Below are positions 28,310 to 36,984 of a stretch of 64,000 bases of DNA, piece after piece. The first letter of the stretch is position 1; every line of letters begins with the position of its first letter. Below the pieces are notes generated by a model. It was not told the DNA's origin and did not search any database. It saw nothing but the letters and a program-made list of their open reading frames with translations. Position numbers and translations under genes: made by a program. Where the stretch lies: sequence record NC_028894.1; one strand, given 5' to 3'. The stretch comes from Escherichia phage vB_EcoM_VR20.

Positions 28310-28896
28310 TTACGGCATTCCTCAATAAAAGAGTTCAATGTATTTTTCTTATTGATATCGTCATATAGCTTTTTAACTTTAGAAATACGAAAAGGTACTT
28401 CAATAGCCATAGTCCATAAAAATGATGCAATAAGTCCAATAGCAGCAGAAGAAACACACGCGCCCATTACAGCTACAGGTGCTTCATTTTTACCTGTCAA
28501 GAAAAACAACAGGATTGGTAAAAATAAGATTCCAGCCCACGCATAAAACCTGGAACAAATTAACTTATCAAATTCATCTTTCCAGGTACGAAATCCATAT
28601 TTCTTGCTATAAGAAATTAATGGGTCAGGTGTCTGTTCTTTGAGTGGTTCTGGTTGATGTCCATTAATGATGTATCCCATTTTATATTCCTTAATTAAAA
28701 GCTCTTTCACATGACGATTGCATCGCGACCAATCAACATTTTCCACCTTGATTCCTTCATCACCATCATCAAGGTTCGCCCAATATTTTTTGGTAATCAT
28801 AAATTCGTCTCTTGATACAATTATACCTGCATTTTCTGCCCGGCGGATGAAGTTTACATCAACACCCATGCACCCAGGTTCATACAGCATTACCAT
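28306..28896 (-). CDS. Membrane protein with C-terminal FIEECRK tail
   Basis: 196 aa; soluble N-domain, two hydrophobic segments, C-terminus ...LNSFIEECRK. Confidence 0.5.
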   Translation of the reverse strand: MVMLYEPGCMGVDVNFIRRAENAGIIVSRDEFMITKKYWANLDDGDEGIKVENVDWSRCNRHVKELLIKEYKMGYIINGHQPEPLKEQTPDPLISYSKKYGFRTWKDEFDKLICSRFYAWAGILFLPILLFFLTGKNEAPVAVMGACVSSAAIGLIASFLWTMAIEVPFRISKVKKLYDDINKKNTLNSFIEECRK

Positions 28897-29576
28897 CCCT
28901 CCATAGGGAATTCCAGATATACTTGAGCATTAACGCGGATTTCATTTGTAATCTTTTTAACACGGTCGGTATTACGAGACACACGACCAAACCAGCGCCA
29001 CCCGTTACTTACTGCACGAGAACCTGTATGCCATGTCTGCCAATCAAACTGGAGCAACGTGCGGTCAGGAGCATCCCACTTGGTTAATTCATTGGACTCA
29101 ATTTTTTCCAGAACTTCTTTATGCCACTGGCGATAGATAAGTTCACCTTCAGGAATCTGACTAAATTGGGCAGTTCCGGTTGCAAAATAAGTAGGACACA
29201 CATCAGCGTTAACAAGACCAAGAATATGTTCAGAATGGTAACGAGGATTATCATAATCAGGTTGCCCTGCAGTAATAAAGTGTTGACCAACCGGAATATC
29301 CGGACGCGGTACATCATCATGGTGATAACCTGGGATAGCAGGATACCAACCAGGCATTAACATATGTACACGAGAATCGAATACGACATTTTCATTAGTC
29401 CAATCAATCGGAAGATTGGTAATAAAACTACGAGTGATTGGGCCGCCTTTATCCCAAGCAAAACTCAAATCACAGTTAAAGAACATCGGTTCATTTTTGA
29501 TTTGATCGTTTTGAACATCGTGAGCAAAACCACTTACGGCACGAGCTCGGCTATTAAACACTTTAGAACTATTCAT
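28890..29576 (-). CDS. Hypothetical protein (possible enzyme, His/Asp-rich)
   Basis: 228 aa ORF; GYHHDD and YHSEH segments; no confident family. Confidence 0.45.
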   Translation of the reverse strand: MNSSKVFNSRARAVSGFAHDVQNDQIKNEPMFFNCDLSFAWDKGGPITRSFITNLPIDWTNENVVFDSRVHMLMPGWYPAIPGYHHDDVPRPDIPVGQHFITAGQPDYDNPRYHSEHILGLVNADVCPTYFATGTAQFSQIPEGELIYRQWHKEVLEKIESNELTKWDAPDRTLLQFDWQTWHTGSRAVSNGWRWFGRVSRNTDRVKKITNEIRVNAQVYLEFPMEGW

Positions 29577-29584
29577 AATATTTT

Positions 29585-29635
29585 CCTCATTGATTGTGGG
29601 ACCATTGTGTCATGGTCCCACTTGGATGTACACAC
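29585..29635 (-). promoter_or_regulatory. Promoter-like element with inverted repeat around -10
   Basis: GTGTACA...GTGGGACCAtgacacaaTGGTCCCAC...GAGGAAAATATT-ATG. Confidence 0.4.
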
Positions 29636-30595
29636 TTATTTTGTGAAAGGGCGAATTAAATGTTGGTTAGCCTTGAAGCGTTTAACATAGTCTTCGCGAC
29701 CCAGGGTGTTGTACATATTAACCACTTCCTGGTAATGTTCCCAGGCATACTCACGGAACCATCCAGAAGTAATGGAGGTACAGACTTTTTCCAGTGCAAT
29801 ATGGAAGCTCACGGATGGAGAAATATTGAACTCATTAGGAACCTGCGAACGCTCCAGAGCGAGCACACATGCTTCTTCATAAACCCCTGCCAGTTTAATA
29901 ACATCAGGGAGTGCTTCAAATTTTTCACGTGAGGTCATGACTTCTGAATCATCCTTCATATAGAACTTATATGCAGGCTTATCAGCAAGCGCCACGGCCT
30001 CGTGGATGGAGTCATGGTCAAGGGTATAGATTGTATCATTAAAGAAAGTTTTCTTGCCCACGTCTAGTTTAGGGTGACTGTATGACAGTGTTTCTGCCTG
30101 ACGCTGCAGCATGATTTTCTGCAGCTCATCATTAAGAACAATACCCTTATTGCGAAGGTAATTAATATGACTCATGGTCTTCAGGAAGAATGGATTGTTC
30201 TTCAGGTAACGATGAGATAATTTAATTGCCAGACAAATATCAGGAGTCGCCCAGTAAAAACCTGTAAGACGGTCCTTTTTAATATGATTTTCAGCATATT
30301 TCAGGAGACGATAACTTGAGGTGAAATCTTCGTCTTGAAGCTCGCCAGTAATTTCTCGTACGTTGGTCAGGGCACGGACAATATAAGCTTCAAAATAGGT
30401 TTCTTTGCCATTGTACATACATTTAAAAGCTTGGACATCAGGGTTATCCACAGGAATATGAGCACCGAACATACGTGCTTTAAAGTGGTTCCATGAGCCT
30501 TGGTCGGCAATGAAATCCCAATCAGAGTTTTCAATTTTCTGACTTTCAATCAGACCAGCGTTATGTAATGCACGAGAACCAATAACTAACATCAT
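29636..30595 (-). CDS. Hypothetical protein
   Basis: 319 aa ORF preceded by promoter-like inverted repeat. Confidence 0.5.
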   Translation of the reverse strand: MMLVIGSRALHNAGLIESQKIENSDWDFIADQGSWNHFKARMFGAHIPVDNPDVQAFKCMYNGKETYFEAYIVRALTNVREITGELQDEDFTSSYRLLKYAENHIKKDRLTGFYWATPDICLAIKLSHRYLKNNPFFLKTMSHINYLRNKGIVLNDELQKIMLQRQAETLSYSHPKLDVGKKTFFNDTIYTLDHDSIHEAVALADKPAYKFYMKDDSEVMTSREKFEALPDVIKLAGVYEEACVLALERSQVPNEFNISPSVSFHIALEKVCTSITSGWFREYAWEHYQEVVNMYNTLGREDYVKRFKANQHLIRPFTK

Positions 30596-30609
30596 AATAT
30601 TTTCCTCAT

Positions 30610-30777
30610 TAGTAAAGACGAGTTACTTCATATTTTCCAAGTGCCGATTTTTTCGCTTCAATTCGTGAGGCAGCAAGATTGGCGGCCTCTAGTGAAGAAA
30701 ATTGAACCACTTGAGAAGTATTCTGTCTTACTCCACCTTGCGGGTGAGTGACAAAAACAATAAGAACATTATACATA
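30610..30777 (-). CDS. Hypothetical small protein (55 aa)
   Basis: ORF MYNVLIVFVTHPQGGVRQ... with conserved GAGGAAAATATT-ATG initiation region; below track cutoff. Confidence 0.3.
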
Positions 30778-30784
30778 ATATTTT

Positions 30785-30830
30785 CCTCATTAGTTGACGA
30801 GATAATGATACTACGTTTCTTTAGGCTTGT
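30785..30830 (-). promoter_or_regulatory. Class I early-promoter/leader cassette (variant)
   Basis: GTGTACA...TATCATTATCTCGTCAACTAATGAGGAAAATATT. Confidence 0.4.
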
Positions 30831-30879
30831 ACACTAAATTTCTGCACATAAGTCCTCCTATCACATCCTTGTGATAATT

Positions 30880-31113
30880 TTAGCAGCTACTCGGATACCA
30901 GATTTTACCATCGGCACGAGCAACGAAGGTACGACCAGCTTCTTCACCATAACAAGAGCTGTTCAACCAGTCTTCAAGACGGACTTCGCCGTCATAATCA
31001 TCAAGCTCAACACCAAAATCTTGAGCAGAAGCCATATCTTTTACTTTCTTATACAGTGCAGCCAGTTCAAGGGCGGCTTTTTCTAATTCAGCATGTTCAA
31101 CAGCAGTAGTCAT
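30880..31113 (-). CDS. Small protein, member 1 of C-terminal WxSSxxC paralog array
   Basis: 77 aa; N-terminal helix, internal WLNSSC and C-terminal ...GKIWYPSSC. Confidence 0.5.
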   Translation of the reverse strand: MTTAVEHAELEKAALELAALYKKVKDMASAQDFGVELDDYDGEVRLEDWLNSSCYGEEAGRTFVARADGKIWYPSSC

Positions 31114-31122
31114 TTTATCACC

Positions 31123-31350
31123 TTAGCAAGACATAGAGGAGTTGTACCAGAAACCTTTACCTTCTGGGATACCATAATCACCGTGAATCCAGTCATATTT
31201 TTTATATTCTGGGCAACCCGCGGGAATATATCGCTGAAGACTGTCAGCATATACATGAAAGTATTCACCAGTTTTATCGGCCAGCTGTTCACCTTCACAG
31301 ATTAGTGCACGGATTTGGTCTTCAATTTCTTTAACAGTTTTAGTAGTCAT
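31123..31350 (-). CDS. Small protein, member 2 of C-terminal WxSSxxC paralog array
   Basis: 75 aa; ends ...GKGFWYNSSMSC. Confidence 0.5.
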   Translation of the reverse strand: MTTKTVKEIEDQIRALICEGEQLADKTGEYFHVYADSLQRYIPAGCPEYKKYDWIHGDYGIPEGKGFWYNSSMSC

Positions 31351-31358
31351 TTATTTCC

Positions 31359-31571
31359 TTAGCATTCGTAAGAGGAGGACACCCAGGAGTTACCGCTAAT
31401 AGTAATACAACCATTATAAAGCGTGATATGTTGTTCCAGATTACGCTGACCATCGATATAGATATCAGCTTCTTCACGTTCTTCTTTACAAATCTGGATA
31501 ACATTTTCAATAGCTGCCGCGGCAGTACGGATTGCACAATCTAATTCACGAGACATAACATTCCTTAACAT
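31359..31571 (-). CDS. Small protein, member 3 of C-terminal WxSSxxC paralog array
   Basis: 70 aa; ends ...SGNSWVSSSYEC. Confidence 0.45.
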   Translation of the reverse strand: MLRNVMSRELDCAIRTAAAAIENVIQICKEEREEADIYIDGQRNLEQHITLYNGCITISGNSWVSSSYEC

Positions 31572-31846
31572 TCAGCAGAAGAGGACACCCAACCACCATT
31601 TTCCAGGTCAGTTGTATAGTCATGAGTATTAACAATAGCCCATTCAGGATGACCATGTTCTTCCCAATGAGCAAGGTCAGCTTTCAGGGCGCCAGGAGAA
31701 TAATAGTCACCGCCCATACCGCGAGCAGGGTATATATTAAAATGAGTCTCATATTTGTCTGCAATTTCCTCGGCACGACGAATAGCTTTATGGATGTCAT
31801 TTACTGCGTTAGCCAGTTCTTTATTTTTACGGTAATCATTCATCAT
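31565..31846 (-). CDS. Small protein, member 4 of C-terminal WxSSxxC paralog array
   Basis: 93 aa; EEIADKYETHFNIYP...GGWVSSSAEC. Confidence 0.5.
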   Translation of the reverse strand: MMNDYRKNKELANAVNDIHKAIRRAEEIADKYETHFNIYPARGMGGDYYSPGALKADLAHWEEHGHPEWAIVNTHDYTTDLENGGWVSSSAEC

Positions 31847-31855
31847 AGCGTTTCC

Positions 31856-32146
31856 TTAGCACATTGCCGAAGAGGAGACCCAAGCACCAACTGTAACGAC
31901 ACCGTTTTCAACTTCACCGCCGTTGTTTTCAATTTCATCTTTAAACCACTGGGAGCATTCATAACCGACAGGATAATATGTACGGCCCGAACCATAATCA
32001 CCGGTACCAAATTGGATACCATATTCATCTGCGATTTCTTCACAGTGTTTTTCAATTTCAGAGGTCTTATTTAGAAGAGAATAGATAGCTTTTTCTGCAG
32101 ATTTCTCATCATAATACTTGGGGATAGCAATTTCAATTTTATTCAT
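31856..32146 (-). CDS. Small protein, member 5 of C-terminal WxSSxxC paralog array
   Basis: 96 aa; EEIADEYGIQFGTGDYGSGRTYYP...GAWVSSSAMC. Confidence 0.5.
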   Translation of the reverse strand: MNKIEIAIPKYYDEKSAEKAIYSLLNKTSEIEKHCEEIADEYGIQFGTGDYGSGRTYYPVGYECSQWFKDEIENNGGEVENGVVTVGAWVSSSAMC

Positions 32147-32496
32147 GATTTACATTCCTTAATAAAGGTTTCAAGGTCATTACGTTTTGTTTTGTCTAGG
32201 AACTTATTATACTCAGCCATTGCTGAAGCATATCTCTTCCGACTAGGAGCATTCACGGCGTTTGTGTGACAGATATCATACACAACAGGTATAAAATAAG
32301 ACACAACAGCCGGAGCGATTATCATAAAGAAGCCCATCTCAATAGGCATCACTCCCTCGATTGCAGCCATAACCGTGGTCATTACCAGACCAACCAAACC
32401 ACCAAGCATGGCGGTGACAATCCCTAATAATAAATTGGCACCAATATCATATTCAGCCAATTGATAAACATGTGATGCAAGATTAGGCCGTTCCAT
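32143..32496 (-). CDS. Two-TM membrane protein with C-terminal FIKECKS tail
   Basis: Start at internal Met (MERPNLASHV); hydrophobic segments; C-terminus ...LETFIKECKS. Confidence 0.45.
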   Translation of the reverse strand: MERPNLASHVYQLAEYDIGANLLLGIVTAMLGGLVGLVMTTVMAAIEGVMPIEMGFFMIIAPAVVSYFIPVVYDICHTNAVNAPSRKRYASAMAEYNKFLDKTKRNDLETFIKECKS

Positions 32497-32842
32497 TACG
32501 AACCTCCTTAATAAATTCTTCGGCACATTTAATTTTGTGCTCTTCTTGCAGGGAAACACATTTTTGTTCCCACTCTTTAACTCGTCCCCGATAACCTTTA
32601 TTCATATGATTTTGATGCCACACATTTATCAATACCATACACAGGACTGTAATAAAAGGAGCTGCAATTACTAGCGTCCAGGCGACTCCAACACTAATGA
32701 TATTCATATCCCCACAAAGCACCATCATTATAACCCCAACGATGCACATGGACAGAGCTCCAAATGGAGGCATAAGGTCTTTATCAATCTTGTCTGCGTA
32801 CACAAATTTTTCTGGTTTACTTGGCAGATATAACGTTCGCAT
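32483..32842 (-). CDS. Two-TM membrane protein, paralog of 32143..32496
   Basis: Start at internal Met MRTLYLPSK with AAAGGGG SD; C-terminus ...EEFIKEVRNGTA. Confidence 0.45.
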   Translation of the reverse strand: MRTLYLPSKPEKFVYADKIDKDLMPPFGALSMCIVGVIMMVLCGDMNIISVGVAWTLVIAAPFITVLCMVLINVWHQNHMNKGYRGRVKEWEQKCVSLQEEHKIKCAEEFIKEVRNGTA

Positions 32843-33371
32843 TTTGAACCCCTTTAGCATATTCACGACATTCAGCAATAAAACGATTAAGCTTTCGTTT
32901 TTGTTTATGACTTTCTAATGTGTACTCAGACGTCAAATCAAGAAGCTCAGCTTTATCATAATTTTTAATATCAGTATAAGCTGGCCGGCGGTCAACCATT
33001 CCAAATACATCACCATTTTCTAGCGCCACATAACATACTAAATGGTAATCATCATCTGCCATATTAAGAAGTATACAATCATCGCTCTCGTTTAAAGCAT
33101 ATACTGAATAACGTAGTCCAGCGAATTCCACTCGTTGAATACCCAGATTTACATCAATAATTTCCAAGGCATCTGCGAAAGAAAGGTCTTCAGCTAAAGC
33201 AAAAATAAAAGGCAATTTTGTAGTATCGCCACGGCTAGTTGTTCTTCTTAAGAAATCATTGGAATAACCCAAGTCACCGCGGATTCTATAAAGAACTGTA
33301 TTAGTTTCAGTAGCAAGGCCACTACCGCCAAACCAGTCTACATTTGATATAAGGTCAGTATATAAGCTCAT
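32817..33371 (-). CDS. Hypothetical acidic protein with C-terminal FIAECRE motif
   Basis: 184 aa from MSLYTDLIS (GGAGAGGAG SD); C-terminal ...KLNRFIAECREYAKG. Confidence 0.45.
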   Translation of the reverse strand: MSLYTDLISNVDWFGGSGLATETNTVLYRIRGDLGYSNDFLRRTTSRGDTTKLPFIFALAEDLSFADALEIIDVNLGIQRVEFAGLRYSVYALNESDDCILLNMADDDYHLVCYVALENGDVFGMVDRRPAYTDIKNYDKAELLDLTSEYTLESHKQKRKLNRFIAECREYAKGVQNANVISAK

Positions 33372-33414
33372 AATTTTCTCCTCTCCCAATTAGGGGGCTT
33401 TGCCCCCCTTTATC

Positions 33415-34008
33415 TTACTTAAGTGAATTGATGTATTCTTCAATGTCAGCGGATGTGGTATCCACACCAACCTGTGGACCTTTGAAGGTTTCAACACGCA
33501 TCAGAGTGTCTTCAATATCAATCTTAGTCAATGCAGCGATTTCAACAACATCATCTGCGGTTGCAATACCTAGGGCAGACACCTTACGGGTTTCGCGGAT
33601 GTATTCCAGTTTAACAGCTAGTTCCTGACGAGAGTCATCCAGCTCTTTAACTTTCAATTTAATTTCATTACGCATTTCAACATAATCATCTGCCTTCTTA
33701 CGAAGTTGTTTAGCAGTGCGACGATACAGGAGACCCAGTTTAGCATGGACCTGGACATCAGCACCATCAGCAATCAGTTTACGAATTTCACGCTCTTTTG
33801 AAGCGGCGAGCTGGTCTTTTTCATTCGCTAGCTCGCGGATGCGTTTTTCTTCATTAACAGACTTAACGTGGGCAGTCTGGAGCTCAGTAATCTTATCAAT
33901 CAGGGTAGAAGCAGCTTTAGTATACTGGTCTTCAATAGACAGGTTTTGCGCCATTGCAGTACCCAGTTTGGAGCGGATAAATTCAACAAGTTTCTTTAAA
34001 GTATTCAT
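33415..34008 (-). CDS. Coiled-coil protein (possibly PspA/IM30-like)
   Basis: 197 aa, largely predicted helical with heptad-like charged repeats; family assignment unverified. Confidence 0.4.
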   Translation of the reverse strand: MNTLKKLVEFIRSKLGTAMAQNLSIEDQYTKAASTLIDKITELQTAHVKSVNEEKRIRELANEKDQLAASKEREIRKLIADGADVQVHAKLGLLYRRTAKQLRKKADDYVEMRNEIKLKVKELDDSRQELAVKLEYIRETRKVSALGIATADDVVEIAALTKIDIEDTLMRVETFKGPQVGVDTTSADIEEYINSLK

Positions 34009-34083
34009 GGTATTTCCTTCAGATGGTTAAAGTTTTATTATCCAGGGAACATACTATCATGTTCCCAGAGGTATGTAAACATT

Positions 34084-34482
34084 TTATTTCATTTTTGCGA
34101 GGCAGATTTCATTGGCTTCCCATTGAGCTTGCTTAATAATAGCTTTGGATACAGGAACCTTTTGACCATAAGTTTTTGACGTTGAGAGAACAATATATTT
34201 GTTTGCCTCATTATGCCAGCCCCATGATTTTTCACCATGAGTACCTTTAACTACAGCTGACACCTCAACAGAACAACCATCAGCGCCAATCTTGGTATCA
34301 ACAATCCATTCATTTCGCTTAATTGCTTCTTCCAATGCTGCTGCTTCCGCCATCCAGTGTGTTTCAGGGTCTATTTGTTCAATCTCACGAGTTAACGCAG
34401 CTCCCAGGTCTTTTGCATATTTTTGTTGCTCTGGGGTTAATGAGTCATATAACTTTTTCATTTCTTTATCTTCAATATTCAT
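34084..34482 (-). CDS. Hypothetical protein
   Basis: 132 aa from MNIEDKEMKK with GAGGAAAATATT SD. Confidence 0.45.
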   Translation of the reverse strand: MNIEDKEMKKLYDSLTPEQQKYAKDLGAALTREIEQIDPETHWMAEAAALEEAIKRNEWIVDTKIGADGCSVEVSAVVKGTHGEKSWGWHNEANKYIVLSTSKTYGQKVPVSKAIIKQAQWEANEICLAKMK

Positions 34483-34516
34483 AATATTTTCCTCAAGGGG
34501 CTTTCGCCCCAATCAT

Positions 34517-34822
34517 TTAAATTTTGTTTTCCTGCACACCATAATAAAGTTCATCAGACACAATATCCAGGATGCGGCGAACATATTCATCATGGTATTG
34601 GCAGTCAAAATCAAATGCAACAGTAGTTTCCGCTTCACGAGTGAATTTAACTTGCACATTCAGGTGATTAACAACGTTAGTTAATTTATCAGTAAAGAAC
34701 TCTTTTGCTACCGCCTGTTGGACTTGCACTTTGAACTTGGTGTTACGAATCATATTTTCAGCAGATGTGAAATTACCAGTTTTATCAAAGTCAACAAGCG
34801 CCAGGTTGATGATGAATTTCAT
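34517..34822 (-). CDS. Hypothetical protein
   Basis: 101 aa ORF preceded by class II leader cassette. Confidence 0.45.
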   Translation of the reverse strand: MKFIINLALVDFDKTGNFTSAENMIRNTKFKVQVQQAVAKEFFTDKLTNVVNHLNVQVKFTREAETTVAFDFDCQYHDEYVRRILDIVSDELYYGVQENKI

Positions 34823-34824
34823 TT

Positions 34825-34900
34825 TATTCTCCAGTGTTTTATTTGGTAACTCAGTATGGAATCATTATGCCTTAAAGCAGGGGGCTTGTATACCCCCTTT
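34825..34900 (-). promoter_or_regulatory. Class II promoter/leader cassette with upstream GC hairpin
   Basis: GGGGGtatacaagCCCCC hairpin, then GCATAATGATTCCATACTGAGTTACCAAATAAAACACTGGAGAATAAA-ATG. Confidence 0.5.
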
Positions 34901-34904
34901 TTAA

Positions 34905-35348
34905 TTAAATTTCAAATTCTTTGCGGAAGTTGGAAGCATAAGACTGAACTGATGCTTTGTTGAATCCAAACTCACGCACAATCATATCAATAACAGCTCT
35001 GCGAGCAGCACCGTTAGACATATTAACAGTTCTGAACATATCATAGCATAAATCTTTGTTGCTCATACCGGAGCGTTTAGGTGCCTTACGTTCAGCTTTT
35101 GGTTCAGCTTTAGGAGTAGGTTTAACTTCTGGTTTAACCTGTCCATCATTCAGACCTTTAAAAATTTTACCTGCCAGAGTTGCCAGTTTAGCAGCTTCGC
35201 CACGAGTGATACCAAATACTGCCGGGTTAAATGAAATACCTTCAGCTGTCAGACGTTTGAAGAACATACGTGCTGCGGATTGTGCTTCAGCTTCAGAAGA
35301 GTTGTTTAATGCCAGTTTAACATACTTAACCAGTTTTGAAGTTTTCAT
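34905..35348 (-). CDS. Hypothetical protein, paralog family with conserved C-terminal domain
   Basis: 147 aa; C-terminus ...NGAARRAVIDMIVREFGFNKASVQSYASNFRK shared with 35801..36226; class II leader upstream. Confidence 0.5.
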   Translation of the reverse strand: MKTSKLVKYVKLALNNSSEAEAQSAARMFFKRLTAEGISFNPAVFGITRGEAAKLATLAGKIFKGLNDGQVKPEVKPTPKAEPKAERKAPKRSGMSNKDLCYDMFRTVNMSNGAARRAVIDMIVREFGFNKASVQSYASNFRKEFEI

Positions 35349-35349
35349 T

Positions 35350-35420
35350 TTATTATCCCGTTTGTTTATTTGGTAACTCAGTATGGAATCATTATGCCTT
35401 AGTTAAATTCCAAAGTACAT
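35350..35420 (-). promoter_or_regulatory. Class II promoter/leader cassette
   Basis: GCATAATGATTCCATACTGAGTTACCAAATAAACAAACGGGATAATAAA-ATG. Confidence 0.5.
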
Positions 35421-35421
35421 A

Positions 35422-35718
35422 TTAATTTTCAGAAGTTGGGAAATAAACTTCAAAGTCATACATGTTTACTACTGCAGTCGCGATTGCTTGGTACTGCATA
35501 CCCAAGAAAGTTTTCTTGTTCTTACGCCACAAGTTAACCATTTCTGTTTTGATGCATGCCAGGGAGTAGTTGGATGCAGGATACTGTTTGATGATTGCAA
35601 CAACTTCTTCAGAAGCAGTTTCGCACAATTCATTCAGTTGAGCTTCAATTTTAGCAGAAATGATTGCTTTGTTTTCTTCTTGAGCTTGGGTAGCGTGCCA
35701 TGCAGGTGCGTTGAACAT
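35422..35718 (-). CDS. Hypothetical protein
   Basis: 98 aa ORF, class II leader upstream. Confidence 0.45.
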   Translation of the reverse strand: MFNAPAWHATQAQEENKAIISAKIEAQLNELCETASEEVVAIIKQYPASNYSLACIKTEMVNLWRKNKKTFLGMQYQAIATAVVNMYDFEVYFPTSEN

Positions 35719-35719
35719 T

Positions 35720-35790
35720 TTATTCTCCAGTGTTTTATTTGTTAACTCAGTATGGGATAATTATACACTATCCCACCTGGAAGTAAAACA
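35720..35790 (-). promoter_or_regulatory. Hybrid class I/II promoter/leader cassette
   Basis: GTGTATAATTATCCCATACTGAGTTAACAAATAAAACACTGGAGAATAAA-ATG. Confidence 0.5.
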
Positions 35791-35800
35791 CTTTTCTCAA

Positions 35801-36226
35801 TTATTTTTGAGCTTTGCGGAAGTTGGATGCATATGACTGAACAACAGTCTTTTTGATATCATGGGTGGTAACCAGAACATCAATCAGAGCGCGACGAGCT
35901 GCATTATCATTCATATCAATTTCTGCAAATGCCTGGAAGCAAATGTCACGAGCATTACCAGATTTGGACTGGATTTTTTCTTCTTTAACTTCTTCAATTG
36001 GGAATTCAATCATTTCAGCTTGGATTAATTCAATGATAGATTCTTTTGACTGTTTGGTGTTTACCTTCAGTTCAGAATTAAGGGACTTGGCGATGGCAAC
36101 AATCTGGGTTGAAGTCAGATGAATAAGTGCATCTTCACGAATGCAGATTTCACATACTTCGTCAGCAACCATTTTGTTGGTGATGCGGGTAACAGAAAAT
36201 GCAGAGGTCAGGGTCAGAAAGTTCAT
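35801..36226 (-). CDS. Hypothetical protein, paralog of 34905..35348
   Basis: 141 aa from internal Met MNFLTL; C-terminus ...DNAARRALIDVLVTTHDIKKTVVQSYASNFRK. Confidence 0.5.
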   Translation of the reverse strand: MNFLTLTSAFSVTRITNKMVADEVCEICIREDALIHLTSTQIVAIAKSLNSELKVNTKQSKESIIELIQAEMIEFPIEEVKEEKIQSKSGNARDICFQAFAEIDMNDNAARRALIDVLVTTHDIKKTVVQSYASNFRKAQK

Positions 36227-36227
36227 T

Positions 36228-36320
36228 TTATTTCTCCAAAGTTTTGTTTGATTCAGTGTGTAACTCAGTATGGAATCATTATGCGCCGGGTCAATTCGGA
36301 TGTACACTACTTTTTGAAGA
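36228..36320 (-). promoter_or_regulatory. Class II promoter/leader cassette
   Basis: GTGTACA...GCATAATGATTCCATACTGAGTTACACACTGAATCAAACAAAACTTTGGAGAAATAAA-ATG. Confidence 0.5.
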
Positions 36321-36344
36321 AAATTTCAAATTTATTCGGGGTAT

Positions 36345-36365
36345 AAAAAAGCCCGCAATGCGGGC
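36345..36365 (-). terminator. Rho-independent terminator
   Basis: GCCCGCaatGCGGGC hairpin followed on minus strand by TTTTTT, 3 nt after stop of 36368..36922. Confidence 0.6.
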
Positions 36366-36367
36366 TG

Positions 36368-36922
36368 TTAGTTCTTATAAAAGCGGAACGGATTTATATG
36401 AAAGGCGAGCATAGCCTTAGGGATGGGTCGGGACAGAAGGCTCTTGAGCTTCCAGCCACAATAAACACGCAGATAAAAGGTGATTCCACCGACCTTAAGA
36501 TAAGGAACAGAAGCAAAAACACCCCAGGCGTTGTCCGTCCACATCCAGAGCCATCCATGATGAGCTTTATCCGGGGAACCAGATTCGACATCAGGATTAC
36601 CTTTATAATGGAATTCTGAATTGCAATCACGACCGAGCTTGTGGTAAGCAAAATTGTATGCTTTGTTTCGCCAGAGCCAGGCTACTCGTTGGAAGTAAAC
36701 ACCTAACGGCCATTTTCTGATTTTTTCCCAGCGTTTAACATGACCACGGTCACCATCAATTGGATTATCGTATGTCATCATCCAGTCAAATCCGAACGGA
36801 AGCTTACCAGTCTTTTTGTTATGGAACGGCACTACAAATGGTGCAAGGATAACAGCCAGAATCATTGAAATGAAATCCAGTGGCACTAACAGAATCCAGC
36901 TTAGATATTTTAAAAGTTTCAT
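36368..36922 (-). CDS. Membrane-anchored protein, apparently late-expressed
   Basis: 184 aa; N-terminal TM LSWILLVPLDFISMILAVILAPFVV then Trp-rich soluble domain; TATAAATA ~27 nt upstream. Confidence 0.5.
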   Translation of the reverse strand: MKLLKYLSWILLVPLDFISMILAVILAPFVVPFHNKKTGKLPFGFDWMMTYDNPIDGDRGHVKRWEKIRKWPLGVYFQRVAWLWRNKAYNFAYHKLGRDCNSEFHYKGNPDVESGSPDKAHHGWLWMWTDNAWGVFASVPYLKVGGITFYLRVYCGWKLKSLLSRPIPKAMLAFHINPFRFYKN

Positions 36923-36948
36923 AAATTTCCTTAGTTATGGGTACGTTA

Positions 36949-36956
36949 TATTTATA
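36949..36956 (-). promoter_or_regulatory. T4-type late promoter TATAAATA
   Basis: Exact TATAAATA on minus strand upstream of 36368..36922. Confidence 0.5.
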
Positions 36957-36984
36957 AAAAAGCCCCAACCTTTCGGAAGGGGCT
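36954..36984 (-). terminator. Terminator-like hairpin
   Basis: AGCCCC..GGGGCT imperfect hairpin followed on minus strand by TTTTTAT; downstream of 37033..37416. Confidence 0.4.
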
